Shown: positions 7,661 to 16,017 of the stretch, one piece after another
How positions within the stretch are numbered: position 1 is the stretch's first letter
Layout: every line of letters starts with the position of its first letter
Origin: a virus
Taxonomy: Duplodnaviria > Caudoviricetes
DNA length: 64,000 nt
Virus record (IMG/VR): IMGVR_UViG_3300046526_000409
Location: 1 to 64,000 of that record
Direction: 5' to 3' (one strand)
Translations under genes and position numbers: made by a program
Notes under the pieces: model-generated
Databases searched by the model: none
What the model was told of the DNA's origin: nothing
Seen by the model: only the letters and a program-made list of their open reading frames with translations

Positions 7661-8656
7661 ATGGGCGCTCAGATCGCTCTCATCGAGAACGGGCAGATAC
7701 AGCCGATCGCTGTGGCTGGCGCCTTCCTTCTGACCAAGTCCGGTCGTACCCGCGAGGAGTACAAGCGCGACCTGCGCCACTACCTCACCTGGTGCGCTGA
7801 GTCCGGGCTGGACCCCTTCAACCAGAAGCGGGTCCAGATGGACGCCTTCAAGAACTGGCTCGCAGACCACTACGGCAACGGCGCGATCAACCGCCACCTG
7901 TCCGTGGTGTCGGGCCTGTTCAAGTACGCCATGACCGAGCTGGAGGACCTCGTCTTCCGCAACCCGGCCGCACTCGTCGGACGCCAGCCCGTCTCTAACA
8001 TCTCCCAGGCCACCGGCCTCACTTTCGAGGAGAGCGAGCAACTGCTGCGCGGCGCCGAGGCATACAGCCGGCGCGCGGCGGCTGTCGTCCACGTCCTTCT
8101 CCTGACCGGCATGCGTGTGAGCGAGCTGGTCAACGCCGACGTCGAGGACTTGGGCGAGGAGCGCGGGCACAACGTGCTTCACATTGTGCGCAAGGGTGGC
8201 CGTCGTCAGACCATCGTCATCCCGCCGAGCGCCTGGGCGGCCCTGGTGACCTACCTGGACGGCCGTGAGAGCGGCCCCCTGGTAATCACCTCGACCGGCC
8301 GGCGCATCACCCGGCAGGGCATCTGGGACATGGTCAAGCGTCTTTGCCGACGTGCAGGCGTGCGTGAGATCCGGACACACGACCTGCGCCACACTTGCGC
8401 AACGCTCGCGTTGGAAAGTGGCAAGTCCCTGGAAGGCGTACAGGACCTGCTCGGTCACGCGGATCCGCGCACCACTCGGCGGTACGACCGTGCACGCAAC
8501 AACCTCGACAACTCCCCGTCCTACGCGCTGGACGAGCAGCTTCGTGCAGTCGCTGCGCGCCGTCAGGCCGAAGCGGTCCTGGACGAGGCAGTCGAGGTAC
8601 TGGTCGACGAGGCTCTCCGCGAGGTGCTTGCCACCGCGGAACTCGTCGCCGCCTGA
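7661..8656 (+). CDS. Tyrosine recombinase/integrase (XerC/D-like)
   Basis: TGMRVSE, RKGG, HDLRH, LGH, TTRRY catalytic motifs; SAM-like N-terminal domain. Confidence 0.95.
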   Translation: MGAQIALIENGQIQPIAVAGAFLLTKSGRTREEYKRDLRHYLTWCAESGLDPFNQKRVQMDAFKNWLADHYGNGAINRHLSVVSGLFKYAMTELEDLVFRNPAALVGRQPVSNISQATGLTFEESEQLLRGAEAYSRRAAAVVHVLLLTGMRVSELVNADVEDLGEERGHNVLHIVRKGGRRQTIVIPPSAWAALVTYLDGRESGPLVITSTGRRITRQGIWDMVKRLCRRAGVREIRTHDLRHTCATLALESGKSLEGVQDLLGHADPRTTRRYDRARNNLDNSPSYALDEQLRAVAARRQAEAVLDEAVEVLVDEALREVLATAELVAA

Positions 8657-8674
8657 TCCGTGAGAGGAGAAAGC

Positions 8675-9118
8675 ATGCCCGAGGTCACGCCGGCCGCTGT
8701 CCGGCTTTTCCAGGAGGACTACCCGCAGTCGGGTACGTGCCCCGCCAAGGCCATTGATGATCCGTCCCAGCACCACGTCTGGGAGCGGACGCAGTACGGC
8801 AACGTCTCCTGCGCAGACTGCTACGTCCCGCATCCGGACGAGCCGCTGGAACGCCTGAGCCATTCGGATCTGGAGTTCCTCCAGAGCATCTGCGACGCCA
8901 CGGGCCCCCTGTATGGAGGACGCTTCAACCACGCGACCGGAATGCAGGAGTTCCACGGCATCGAGCTGTGCGACGACGAGGAGGGGGAGGACCTCACCTT
9001 CTACCTCGTCGCACGCAACGCCCTGCCGGCAATGGTCCACGCGTACCGCAGGCTTCTGGCGGAGATGGACGAGCGCTCCGGGAGGACGGTTGTCGTTCCC
9101 ATGCGGGAGGCGGCATGA
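8675..9118 (+). CDS. Hypothetical protein
   Basis: RBS GAGGAG; overlaps the next start (ATGA). Confidence 0.75.
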   Translation: MPEVTPAAVRLFQEDYPQSGTCPAKAIDDPSQHHVWERTQYGNVSCADCYVPHPDEPLERLSHSDLEFLQSICDATGPLYGGRFNHATGMQEFHGIELCDDEEGEDLTFYLVARNALPAMVHAYRRLLAEMDERSGRTVVVPMREAA

Positions 9119-9873
9119 ATCTCCCGGACACGTTCATGGGGTTCGACCTTGAGACGACCGGGGTCAACGTCGAGAGCGACCGCATCGTCACAGGCGCCAT
9201 GGTCGAGGTCCTGCACGGCGTTCCCCGGAGTACGCGGAAGTGGCTCGTCGACCCCGGCGTCGAGATTCCGGAGGGTGCCGCGAGGATCCACGGCGTCACG
9301 ACCGAGATGGCACGCCGGGACGGCATGAACCCGATCCGGGCCACCGCTCAGATCGCCGGCCAGATATTCGGTGCCCTGTCCAACGGGCTCCCCGTCGTCA
9401 TCATGAACGCGCCGTACGACTTGACGCTCCTCGACCGCGAATGCCGGCGCCACGACGTCACCCCGGTCACCGAGATCCTCGCCTCCGTCAAGGACGCCGT
9501 GATCCTGGACCCGTACGTTCTGGACCGGCGAGTCGACCCGTTCCGGCCCGGCAAGCGCACCTTGGAGAGCCTCGCCGCGTACTACGACGTGAAGCTCATC
9601 GGCGCGCACGAGGCCGGCGCCGACGCCCTGGCCGCCGTCCAGGTCACACAGAAGATCCTGCGCACCGCCGAGGACGAACGCGCCTTCAATCGCAGCACCT
9701 ACCACCACCAGGTCTACGGCCAGGACCTCGGCAGCCTCTACGCGCAGCAGCAGTTGTGGTTCGCCGCCCAGTCCGCCGGCTATCAGGACTGGCTGCGCCG
9801 TACCAAGAACCCCAACGCCGTCGTCAACGGCTTGTGGCCCATCGTCCCTTCCAAGGAGTCTGCACGTGTCTGA
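9115..9873 (+). CDS. DEDDh 3'-5' exonuclease (Pol III epsilon-like)
   Basis: FDLETTG, NAPYD, AHEAGAD. Confidence 0.92.
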   Translation: MNLPDTFMGFDLETTGVNVESDRIVTGAMVEVLHGVPRSTRKWLVDPGVEIPEGAARIHGVTTEMARRDGMNPIRATAQIAGQIFGALSNGLPVVIMNAPYDLTLLDRECRRHDVTPVTEILASVKDAVILDPYVLDRRVDPFRPGKRTLESLAAYYDVKLIGAHEAGADALAAVQVTQKILRTAEDERAFNRSTYHHQVYGQDLGSLYAQQQLWFAAQSAGYQDWLRRTKNPNAVVNGLWPIVPSKESARV

Positions 9874-10333
9874 CCTTGCCCAGTACGGCGGTTTTCAGGG
9901 CGCGGTCGCCCAGTTCCACGAGGCGTTCGACGTTGACAACGACATCGTCACCCCGGAGAACTTCCGGGCCCTGCTTGCTCGTCGAGTCACGCTGATCACC
10001 GAGGAGACCAGGGAAGTCGTCGAGGCGATCGAGGCCGTGCAGGACGGGATCGGCCACCCCGGCTACCCGGTGGGCCGCGTGGAGCACCTGGCCAAGGAAC
10101 TGTCGGACCTGCTGTACGTGGCCTTCGGTACGGCGGACCTTCTCGGGATACCGCTGGACATGGCGTTCGCCGAGGTCCACAGCAGCAACATGTCGAAGCT
10201 GGGGGATGACGGACAGCCCGTTCTCCGTGAGGACGGGAAGGTCCTGAAGGGGCCGAATTACCGGGAGGCCGATATGACGGACGTCGGCGTCGAAGCCCTC
10301 GTCCACTACATGGGGTTGCAGGTCGCTGGATAA
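9866..10333 (+). CDS. MazG-like all-alpha NTP pyrophosphohydrolase
   Basis: EETRE...KELSDLLYV...EVHSSNMSKL...DGKVLKGPNY. Confidence 0.9.
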   Translation: MSDLAQYGGFQGAVAQFHEAFDVDNDIVTPENFRALLARRVTLITEETREVVEAIEAVQDGIGHPGYPVGRVEHLAKELSDLLYVAFGTADLLGIPLDMAFAEVHSSNMSKLGDDGQPVLREDGKVLKGPNYREADMTDVGVEALVHYMGLQVAG

Positions 10334-10396
10334 CACAATACGAAGACCCCCGCTTAGCATTGAGGACATGAGTCCTTGACGCTGAAGGCGGTCTGA

Positions 10397-10705
10397 ATGC
10401 TTCACCACCTGATCGCGGCAGCGGCCCCGGATGGTAGCGGTGTCACCTTTGACAACCCGCTCATTCTGGGGCCGCTTGCTGCGTTTGTCTTCGCGATCTT
10501 CGTAAGCGAAGTCGTCGTTCCCGGAAAGACGTATCGACGGGAGGTGGACGAGAACGCGAGGCTGCGGGATCTCGTGGAGCACGTAATTCCTCTCGCGGAG
10601 TCGATGACGACGACCGCACAAGAGATGGTCACGGCGACTACCCGTGTCACGGACGTGATGGACCGCGTCATCGACAAACTGGCCGATCCTCGCCGCGACG
10701 GCTGA
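10397..10705 (+). CDS. Small membrane protein (possible holin-like)
   Basis: One TM helix followed by VVPG and a coiled coil. Confidence 0.6.
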   Translation: MLHHLIAAAAPDGSGVTFDNPLILGPLAAFVFAIFVSEVVVPGKTYRREVDENARLRDLVEHVIPLAESMTTTAQEMVTATTRVTDVMDRVIDKLADPRRDG

Positions 10706-10716
10706 AAGGGGCGACC

Positions 10717-10905
10717 GTGGCCCTTTGGAGTACCAAGCGTCCCCAGCACAACACGATCGACCTCGCGGACGCCTCAGCTCGCATGACCCAGGCAGCAGCC
10801 ACCCTGCGCCTCACTGCCGTCAAGGCACGCCACGCCACCAATGACGCCCGGCGCTTCACCGACCGCGTCGAGGCCCAGTTCGTGAACAACCAGGGAGCAG
10901 CATGA
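10717..10905 (+). CDS. Small hypothetical protein
   Basis: ORF coupled to the next gene. Confidence 0.5.
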   Translation: MALWSTKRPQHNTIDLADASARMTQAAATLRLTAVKARHATNDARRFTDRVEAQFVNNQGAA

Positions 10906-11072
10906 CCACCTCTACCGCCCGGAAGACGACCAAGCCGGCCGACGACGAGCAGCCGCGGCACCACTGCGACAACCACCCGAGCCGGGGCGCGGCCCTGTCC
11001 ACGACCAGTGGTGGCGCCCACAGCCAGATCCACCTGTGCAGGGACTGCGCCCGTGAGGCCGGGAGGCTGTGA
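10902..11072 (+). CDS. Small Cys/His protein (not in ORF track)
   Basis: MTTST...CDNHP...HLCRDC; RBS GGGAG. Confidence 0.55.
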   Translation: MTTSTARKTTKPADDEQPRHHCDNHPSRGAALSTTSGGAHSQIHLCRDCAREAGRL

Positions 11073-11213
11073 TGCAGGTGTCCACGTGCGTGTGGTGGCA
11101 GGGCAGGCATGTGCAGGCCGGCCGCTTCTGCCCACACAGGCCAGGGGTCGAGATCGACCCCGAGGGCCAGGAGCACCCGGTCGGTTGGACCGTTCAGAAC
11201 CCTGGAGGTAAAG

Positions 11214-11654
11214 ATGCCTAACCGTGGATGGAAGCCGCCCCCGGTCCGGGAGTTGCCCGAGCCGGCACTCGGTGGCGGACGCTACTCCAAGCGCCAGGTC
11301 GACCGTTTTCAGGCGTACGACCAGCGGGACATGCGCCCCAAGACCCGTGCGGCGCTCCAGGAGTTCGAGCAGACCGGTAACACCGACAAGCTCCTGACAT
11401 TCAGCACCTGGCCGAACCACACCATCAACCGAGACCGTCCGCGCACCGTTTCCGCCGGCTACGACTCGAAGTCCCACACGCTCCGCGTCGAATTCCGAAA
11501 CGGAGAGGACGGCCGCGGGCGTCCCGGCGGTCCTGTCTACGAGTACTACCGTGTTTCGCCGAACGTCTGGAAGAACGTACGACGTACGGGATCCGAAGGA
11601 CGGAACATCGTGAACAAGGCGCTTGAGGGCCACCCTTACCGGCGCATCCGTTAA
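11214..11654 (+). CDS. KTSC-domain protein
   Basis: AGYDSKSHTLRVEFRNG...YEYYRVS..VW...SEGR. Confidence 0.8.
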   Translation: MPNRGWKPPPVRELPEPALGGGRYSKRQVDRFQAYDQRDMRPKTRAALQEFEQTGNTDKLLTFSTWPNHTINRDRPRTVSAGYDSKSHTLRVEFRNGEDGRGRPGGPVYEYYRVSPNVWKNVRRTGSEGRNIVNKALEGHPYRRIR

Positions 11655-11687
11655 CAGAATTCGGAAATCGTTACTAGGGTGCGCCGC

Positions 11688-11927
11688 ATGAATCCTCCTT
11701 ACTTTATGCGCCGTGTTCCCACCCTCAAGGGCTGGCCCTTCACGTACAAGACCTGGACCCAGGAGATGAGGGAACCCTTTCGCCGCGGGGAGACTCGCGT
11801 CGTCCGCCTTCCCTTCCGGCAGGGGTTGGGGTTCGGGAAATGGACCGAGACGCTGCCGACTGAGGACCACGCCCTGGTGGCCGTCCTGGGCAAGCCGAAG
11901 CCGCACATCCCCGGCCGCGATGTCTGA
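11688..11927 (+). CDS. Hypothetical phage protein
   Basis: ORF; TAGGGT-N7-ATG leaderless-type start. Confidence 0.6.
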   Translation: MNPPYFMRRVPTLKGWPFTYKTWTQEMREPFRRGETRVVRLPFRQGLGFGKWTETLPTEDHALVAVLGKPKPHIPGRDV

Positions 11928-12014
11928 CGAAGACCTCGCCCGCCGGCAGGTGGCGCGCAGAAGCGAGGACACGGACGAGGAATGGGAACTGCTACAGATG
12001 CTGGGGTTGGACGG

Positions 12015-12263
12015 ATGAAGCTACGTGCACTGCTGGACCGCCTATGGCCGGCGCATCGGCTGCGGGAGAGGGCAGAGCGGCGCGTCAAGATGCTGCCGCT
12101 CGTGGAGCTGCTGGATTCCGCCGACAACACGGGATCCTCGATCGCCGCGGCGCTCTACCGGCACCGGAAGCAGCCGAGCGACGAGGCCCTCGCTGAGGCC
12201 GTGGACGCGGTGGTCGCCCTCGCGGTCATCGTCCGCGAGCTGGAGGACCGCCAGAAGGCGTGA
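12015..12263 (+). CDS. Hypothetical helical phage protein
   Basis: ORF with high GC3. Confidence 0.65.
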   Translation: MKLRALLDRLWPAHRLRERAERRVKMLPLVELLDSADNTGSSIAAALYRHRKQPSDEALAEAVDAVVALAVIVRELEDRQKA

Positions 12264-12660
12264 GAAAGCCCCAGCCGTTTGACTGGGGCATCTACTGGTG
12301 TGTCTGCGCTGTGCATGCGATTACGACTGAGAGGTACAACCTCTCAGCCGCGCACGCCCCTATCAGTGCTGTTTGCACCGGCACGTCTTACAGTGACGTT
12401 TCCCTCCGCCCGCTACCGCAGGCAGGAGTTTCACCTTCACCGGTCCGATTCGCACCGTCCCGCCGCGTTGCCGAACTATCTCCAAGAGATACACGGCAAC
12501 TAGCACGGCTCCCAGTAGCAAGATCCAATCTTGCATCACCCGTCCTCCTTCCCTGGAGGACCTGTGAAGCTGAGAAGGTCCTGCACGAATGGCATCGTGT
12601 TAAGAGGGATTCAGGGGCACTGTTCGGTATGTCCAGTGTGCGCCCCTGCGTGCCTCTTTG
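12264..12660 (-). ncRNA. Candidate structured ncRNA(s); core 12292-12518 with 3' terminator 12264-12289
   Basis: Closing stem 12292-12298/12512-12518; hairpins 12327-12347 and 12467-12500, more at 12365-12457 and 12518-12658; G.U pairs and U-tail mostly favour the minus strand. Confidence 0.6.
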
Positions 12661-12676
12661 TCTAGGTTGGTCGCCC

Positions 12677-13138
12677 TTAGGTGAGAGGGAACGCCCAGGA
12701 GACGCAGAGGATGTAGACGATGAAGCTCGCGGCGACGCAGTACCCCGAGATGCGCAGCAGGTGAATTCCGCCCTGTGCGCGGCGCAGTGACGACTCGACC
12801 TCGCGGGCGTACGGGCCCACGTTGAAGCCGGCCCAGCGCATGCGGCGGGTCAGGCGCAAGCCGATCGCCGAGACCAGGAGCATGGTGAGGGCCATGGGCG
12901 CGAGGGAGTCGTGGAAGCTCCCCGAGGCGTACCAGGTCTGGGCACCGACATAAACGGCCAGGACCGTGCCGGCCCAGATGGCGATGCGGTAGGCCCGCAC
13001 CAAAGAGCGCTCCGCGACGCGGCCGGTGGCGACCAAGTACGCCTGTCCGTCGCTGAGTCCGTGGCCGGGTACGGAGCGAACGGCGTCCGCCTCCCGTGTG
13101 ATTCTCCCCGCCCAGGCGTCTTCGCCTTCCCAATCCAT
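12677..13138 (-). CDS. Membrane protein (about 3 TM)
   Basis: Hydrophobic helices; antisense to the late genes. Confidence 0.6.
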   Translation of the reverse strand: MDWEGEDAWAGRITREADAVRSVPGHGLSDGQAYLVATGRVAERSLVRAYRIAIWAGTVLAVYVGAQTWYASGSFHDSLAPMALTMLLVSAIGLRLTRRMRWAGFNVGPYAREVESSLRRAQGGIHLLRISGYCVAASFIVYILCVSWAFPLT

Positions 13139-13266
13139 AACCCGCCCCCAGGAATGTGTGTGCAGTGTGAAGTAACTGTAGCGCCGTCATGGGGCTGACG
13201 TGCTAACACAATTCCATTGCGCCTTTTTACCCTTATTGCACCAATTGGAGCAATGTGGGGTAGTGG

Positions 13267-14823
13267 ATGACATCGACGGACGCAGGCGGGACTCAAATAC
13301 CGGACGACGAGGAGTTCCTGCTCCCTGTCAATCCCGAGATATCCCAGGAGACCGTCGACCGCATCATCGGGAAGATGCTCCTGGTCATCGACGAGTTGTC
13401 GGGCCATCCGCTCCGCGACTACCAGGTACCGCTCGCCCGCAGGATCCTGGAGTCGATGATCCTCGGTGACACGTCGAAGATCACCGCATGCTGGGCACGT
13501 CAGTCCGGCAAATCCGAGACTCTCGCGAACACGCTCGCGGCCACCCTGATCATGTTCCCCCGCCTGGCACCGATCTTCCCCAACCTCCTGGGGCGCTTCC
13601 GCGAGGGCGTCTGGCTCGGTGCCTTCGCGCCCGTGGACGACATGGCGGAGAACATCTACGGCCGCATCGTCTCCCGGTTGACCAGTGACCGCGCACAGGA
13701 GCTGATGGCCGACCCTGAGATCGACGAGAAGGTCGTCGGAAAGGGCAAGGAACTGCGGCTGGTGAAGTGCGGCAGCCTCGTGCGAAAGCAGACCTGCCAC
13801 CCGCGGGCGCAGATCGAAGGCCGCACGTACCACGTCGTGCTGATCGACGAGGCCCAGGTCGCCGACGAGAAGGTCGTCAACAAGTCGATCAGCCCCATGC
13901 TTGCCTCGACGCGAGGGACGATGATCCTCACGGGGACCCCGACCTACACCAAGGGCGTCTTCTACAAGATCATCCAGCAGAACAAGCGGCAGGCGACCAA
14001 CCGAGGAGCCCGGCCCAACCACTACGAAGCCACGTGGAAGGACGTCGCCAAGGCGCATCCCGACTACGGCGTCTACATCCGCGGCGAAATGCTCACCATC
14101 GGTGAGGACTCCGACGAGTTCCGTCTCTCCTACCGGCTCCAGTGGCTGCTCGACCGAGGCATGTTCACGACCTCCGAGCGGATGGATGAGCTGGGGGACC
14201 GGTCGATGCAGACCGTTCCGGCCTGGCACCGCACCCCGGTCATCGTCGGCATCGACCCCGCCCGCAAGCAGGACTCAACGATCGTCACGGTGATCTGGGT
14301 CAACTGGGACTACCCGGATGAGTTTGGCCAATACGAGCACCGGATCCTGAACTGGCTCGACCTCTCGGGGCTGGGCTGGGAGGAGCAGTACTACCGGATC
14401 GTCGACTTCCTGGCCAACTACTCCGTGCTCGCCATTGGCATCGACGCGGGCGGCATCGGTGACGTCGTCGCCAGCCGGCTGCGCGTCCTCATGCCCAGCG
14501 CCGACATCATCGATCTGCCGTCCGACCGCGGCGCACAGTCGAAGCGGTGGAAGCACCTGATGGAACTGATGCGGACCGACAACGTCTCCTGGCCGGCGCA
14601 CTCCAAGGTCAAGCGCACCAGGGTCTTCCAGCGCTTCCGCCAGCAGATGGAGGACGCCGAACTCGACTTCCAGGGCCCCAACGTCATCGTCCACGCCCCC
14701 GAGGAGGCCGGCGCCCACGACGACTACGTCGACAGCCTCGCCAACGCCGTCTACATGACCGCCGACCTTTCCATGCCCGAGATCCAAGAGGAGAGCAACT
14801 TCCTCTACTCCAGGGCCGCCTAG
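13267..14823 (+). CDS. terL: Terminase large subunit
   Basis: ARQSGKSE Walker A, VLIDEAQ Walker B, TGT coupling motif, GIDPA and HDDYVDSLA nuclease motifs. Confidence 0.95.
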   Translation: MTSTDAGGTQIPDDEEFLLPVNPEISQETVDRIIGKMLLVIDELSGHPLRDYQVPLARRILESMILGDTSKITACWARQSGKSETLANTLAATLIMFPRLAPIFPNLLGRFREGVWLGAFAPVDDMAENIYGRIVSRLTSDRAQELMADPEIDEKVVGKGKELRLVKCGSLVRKQTCHPRAQIEGRTYHVVLIDEAQVADEKVVNKSISPMLASTRGTMILTGTPTYTKGVFYKIIQQNKRQATNRGARPNHYEATWKDVAKAHPDYGVYIRGEMLTIGEDSDEFRLSYRLQWLLDRGMFTTSERMDELGDRSMQTVPAWHRTPVIVGIDPARKQDSTIVTVIWVNWDYPDEFGQYEHRILNWLDLSGLGWEEQYYRIVDFLANYSVLAIGIDAGGIGDVVASRLRVLMPSADIIDLPSDRGAQSKRWKHLMELMRTDNVSWPAHSKVKRTRVFQRFRQQMEDAELDFQGPNVIVHAPEEAGAHDDYVDSLANAVYMTADLSMPEIQEESNFLYSRAA

Positions 14824-14831
14824 GAGCCAGC

Positions 14832-15338
14832 GTGACGATCGATCCCAACTACCACAGCTCCGACCCCAACGACCCGTACAACATCCCCGGCTGGACCGCG
14901 ATCAACCAGCTCGCTGGCCCCGGTCAGCCTGCCGACAATCCGCCCGCGCCGTTCCCTGCGGACATCGCCGTTCAGACCGTCGTGGCGACCTACATGGTGG
15001 AGGGCGGACAGCCGCTGCCCGGCTCCGTGCTCATCCAGGCCGACCGCAGGTACCGCGACAAGGCGACCGGGGACCTGGTCGTCCCCAACGCCCGCCGGCT
15101 GAAGGTCGTCAACGGCGCGCTCAGCGTCGACCTGCCGGCAAGCGACGATCCCGACCTGGTCGAGCCGTTCTTCTACAGCGTGCACGAAGTCGTGCCCGGT
15201 GGCCGGAAGTTCATGATCAGCGTCCCGCACGATGCGAGCGGTCCGCTCAAGCTGCACGACCTGATCGTGGAGCGGGACTACCAGGAGATTCAGCCACCTC
15301 GGATCTACGCGCTCAACCCTGCGAAGGGGAGCTTCTGA
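14832..15338 (+). CDS. Hypothetical (probably virion-associated, beta-rich) protein
   Basis: RBS AGGAG + GTG; GALSVDLPASDDP motif seen in actinophage minor virion proteins. Confidence 0.7.
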   Translation: MTIDPNYHSSDPNDPYNIPGWTAINQLAGPGQPADNPPAPFPADIAVQTVVATYMVEGGQPLPGSVLIQADRRYRDKATGDLVVPNARRLKVVNGALSVDLPASDDPDLVEPFFYSVHEVVPGGRKFMISVPHDASGPLKLHDLIVERDYQEIQPPRIYALNPAKGSF

Positions 15339-15365
15339 GCCGAGGTCTGGCTGTGTGAGGGCAAA

Positions 15366-15521
15366 TGAAAAAGTCCCTCGGGTGAGGGACTTACTGTGAA
15401 GCTGAACCGCGGCGTTTCTGGACCCAGTTAAAGAACCAGATTGAGCAGTAGCCAGCGGCTACCTCCTCCGCAAAGCGGAGCATTAGGTGGAACAAGGGGA
15501 TCACCCCCTCTCCATCTTGCT
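15366..15521 (-). ncRNA. Candidate ~155-nt sRNA with its own -10 and intrinsic terminator
   Basis: -10 TAATGT (15531-15526); hairpins 15448-15462, 15466-15480, 15488-15514; terminator 15371-15392 plus U-run. Confidence 0.6.
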
Positions 15522-15596
15522 GAGTACATTAGAGGATCGGTCGGGCATCCGCTGCCGAAACTCGACATTGTGACGCAGGTCACGCAGATGCACCAA

Positions 15597-15631
15597 AGCA
15601 CCCCGCCCCTCAACCGAAGGGCGGGGTGCTT
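15597..15631 (-). terminator. Intrinsic terminator of the inserted cassette
   Basis: AAGCACCCCGCCC...GGGCGGGGTGCTT just past the stop at 15641. Confidence 0.8.
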
Positions 15632-15640
15632 CAGTTGAGG

Positions 15641-16003
15641 TCAGCTCAGTGAGTCCTCGATCGCCTGGAAGATGTCGGCGTCGGTCTCCTGCTGCCACTC
15701 CGGCAGGCCGGGCCAGTCGGCCACGTATGCCGACTTGGGGTCCCCGAAGTGCTTGAACATCTGCGCCGTCCAGCAGGTGGCGACGAAGCGGCCCCGCTGC
15801 TCACGGGACAGCCGCGAGGCATTGCCGGCGCTCTCCTCGACGAACTGGCGGACCTGCCGGTAGACGGAGCCGGCCGCATCCTTCTCCCAGTCGGGCGTCT
15901 CCTCCCAAGGGGTGATGTAGCTCGGCTTGGGCTCGCCGGGGAAGTGTTTCTTCACTCCTTCGATCCACGCTTCGCGGAACAGTCGGGCGCCATCGGCCGT
16001 CAT
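15641..16003 (-). CDS. Conserved hypothetical Trp-rich protein
   Basis: Internal duplication (PKPSYITPWEETPDWE / PKSAYVADWPGLPEWQ); follows the XRE gene. Confidence 0.75.
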   Translation of the reverse strand: MTADGARLFREAWIEGVKKHFPGEPKPSYITPWEETPDWEKDAAGSVYRQVRQFVEESAGNASRLSREQRGRFVATCWTAQMFKHFGDPKSAYVADWPGLPEWQQETDADIFQAIEDSLS

Positions 16004-16017
16004 GCCAATCCCTTCCT

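Noticed and set aside
12260-12790. 176-aa ORF across the structured region
   Set aside because: Atypical codon use, crosses a terminator and overlaps an opposite-strand gene
12264-15531. tRNA, tmRNA or retron identity for the structured RNAs
   Set aside because: No T-loop GTTCRA cloverleaf or CCA end, no tag ORF, and no reverse transcriptase in the window
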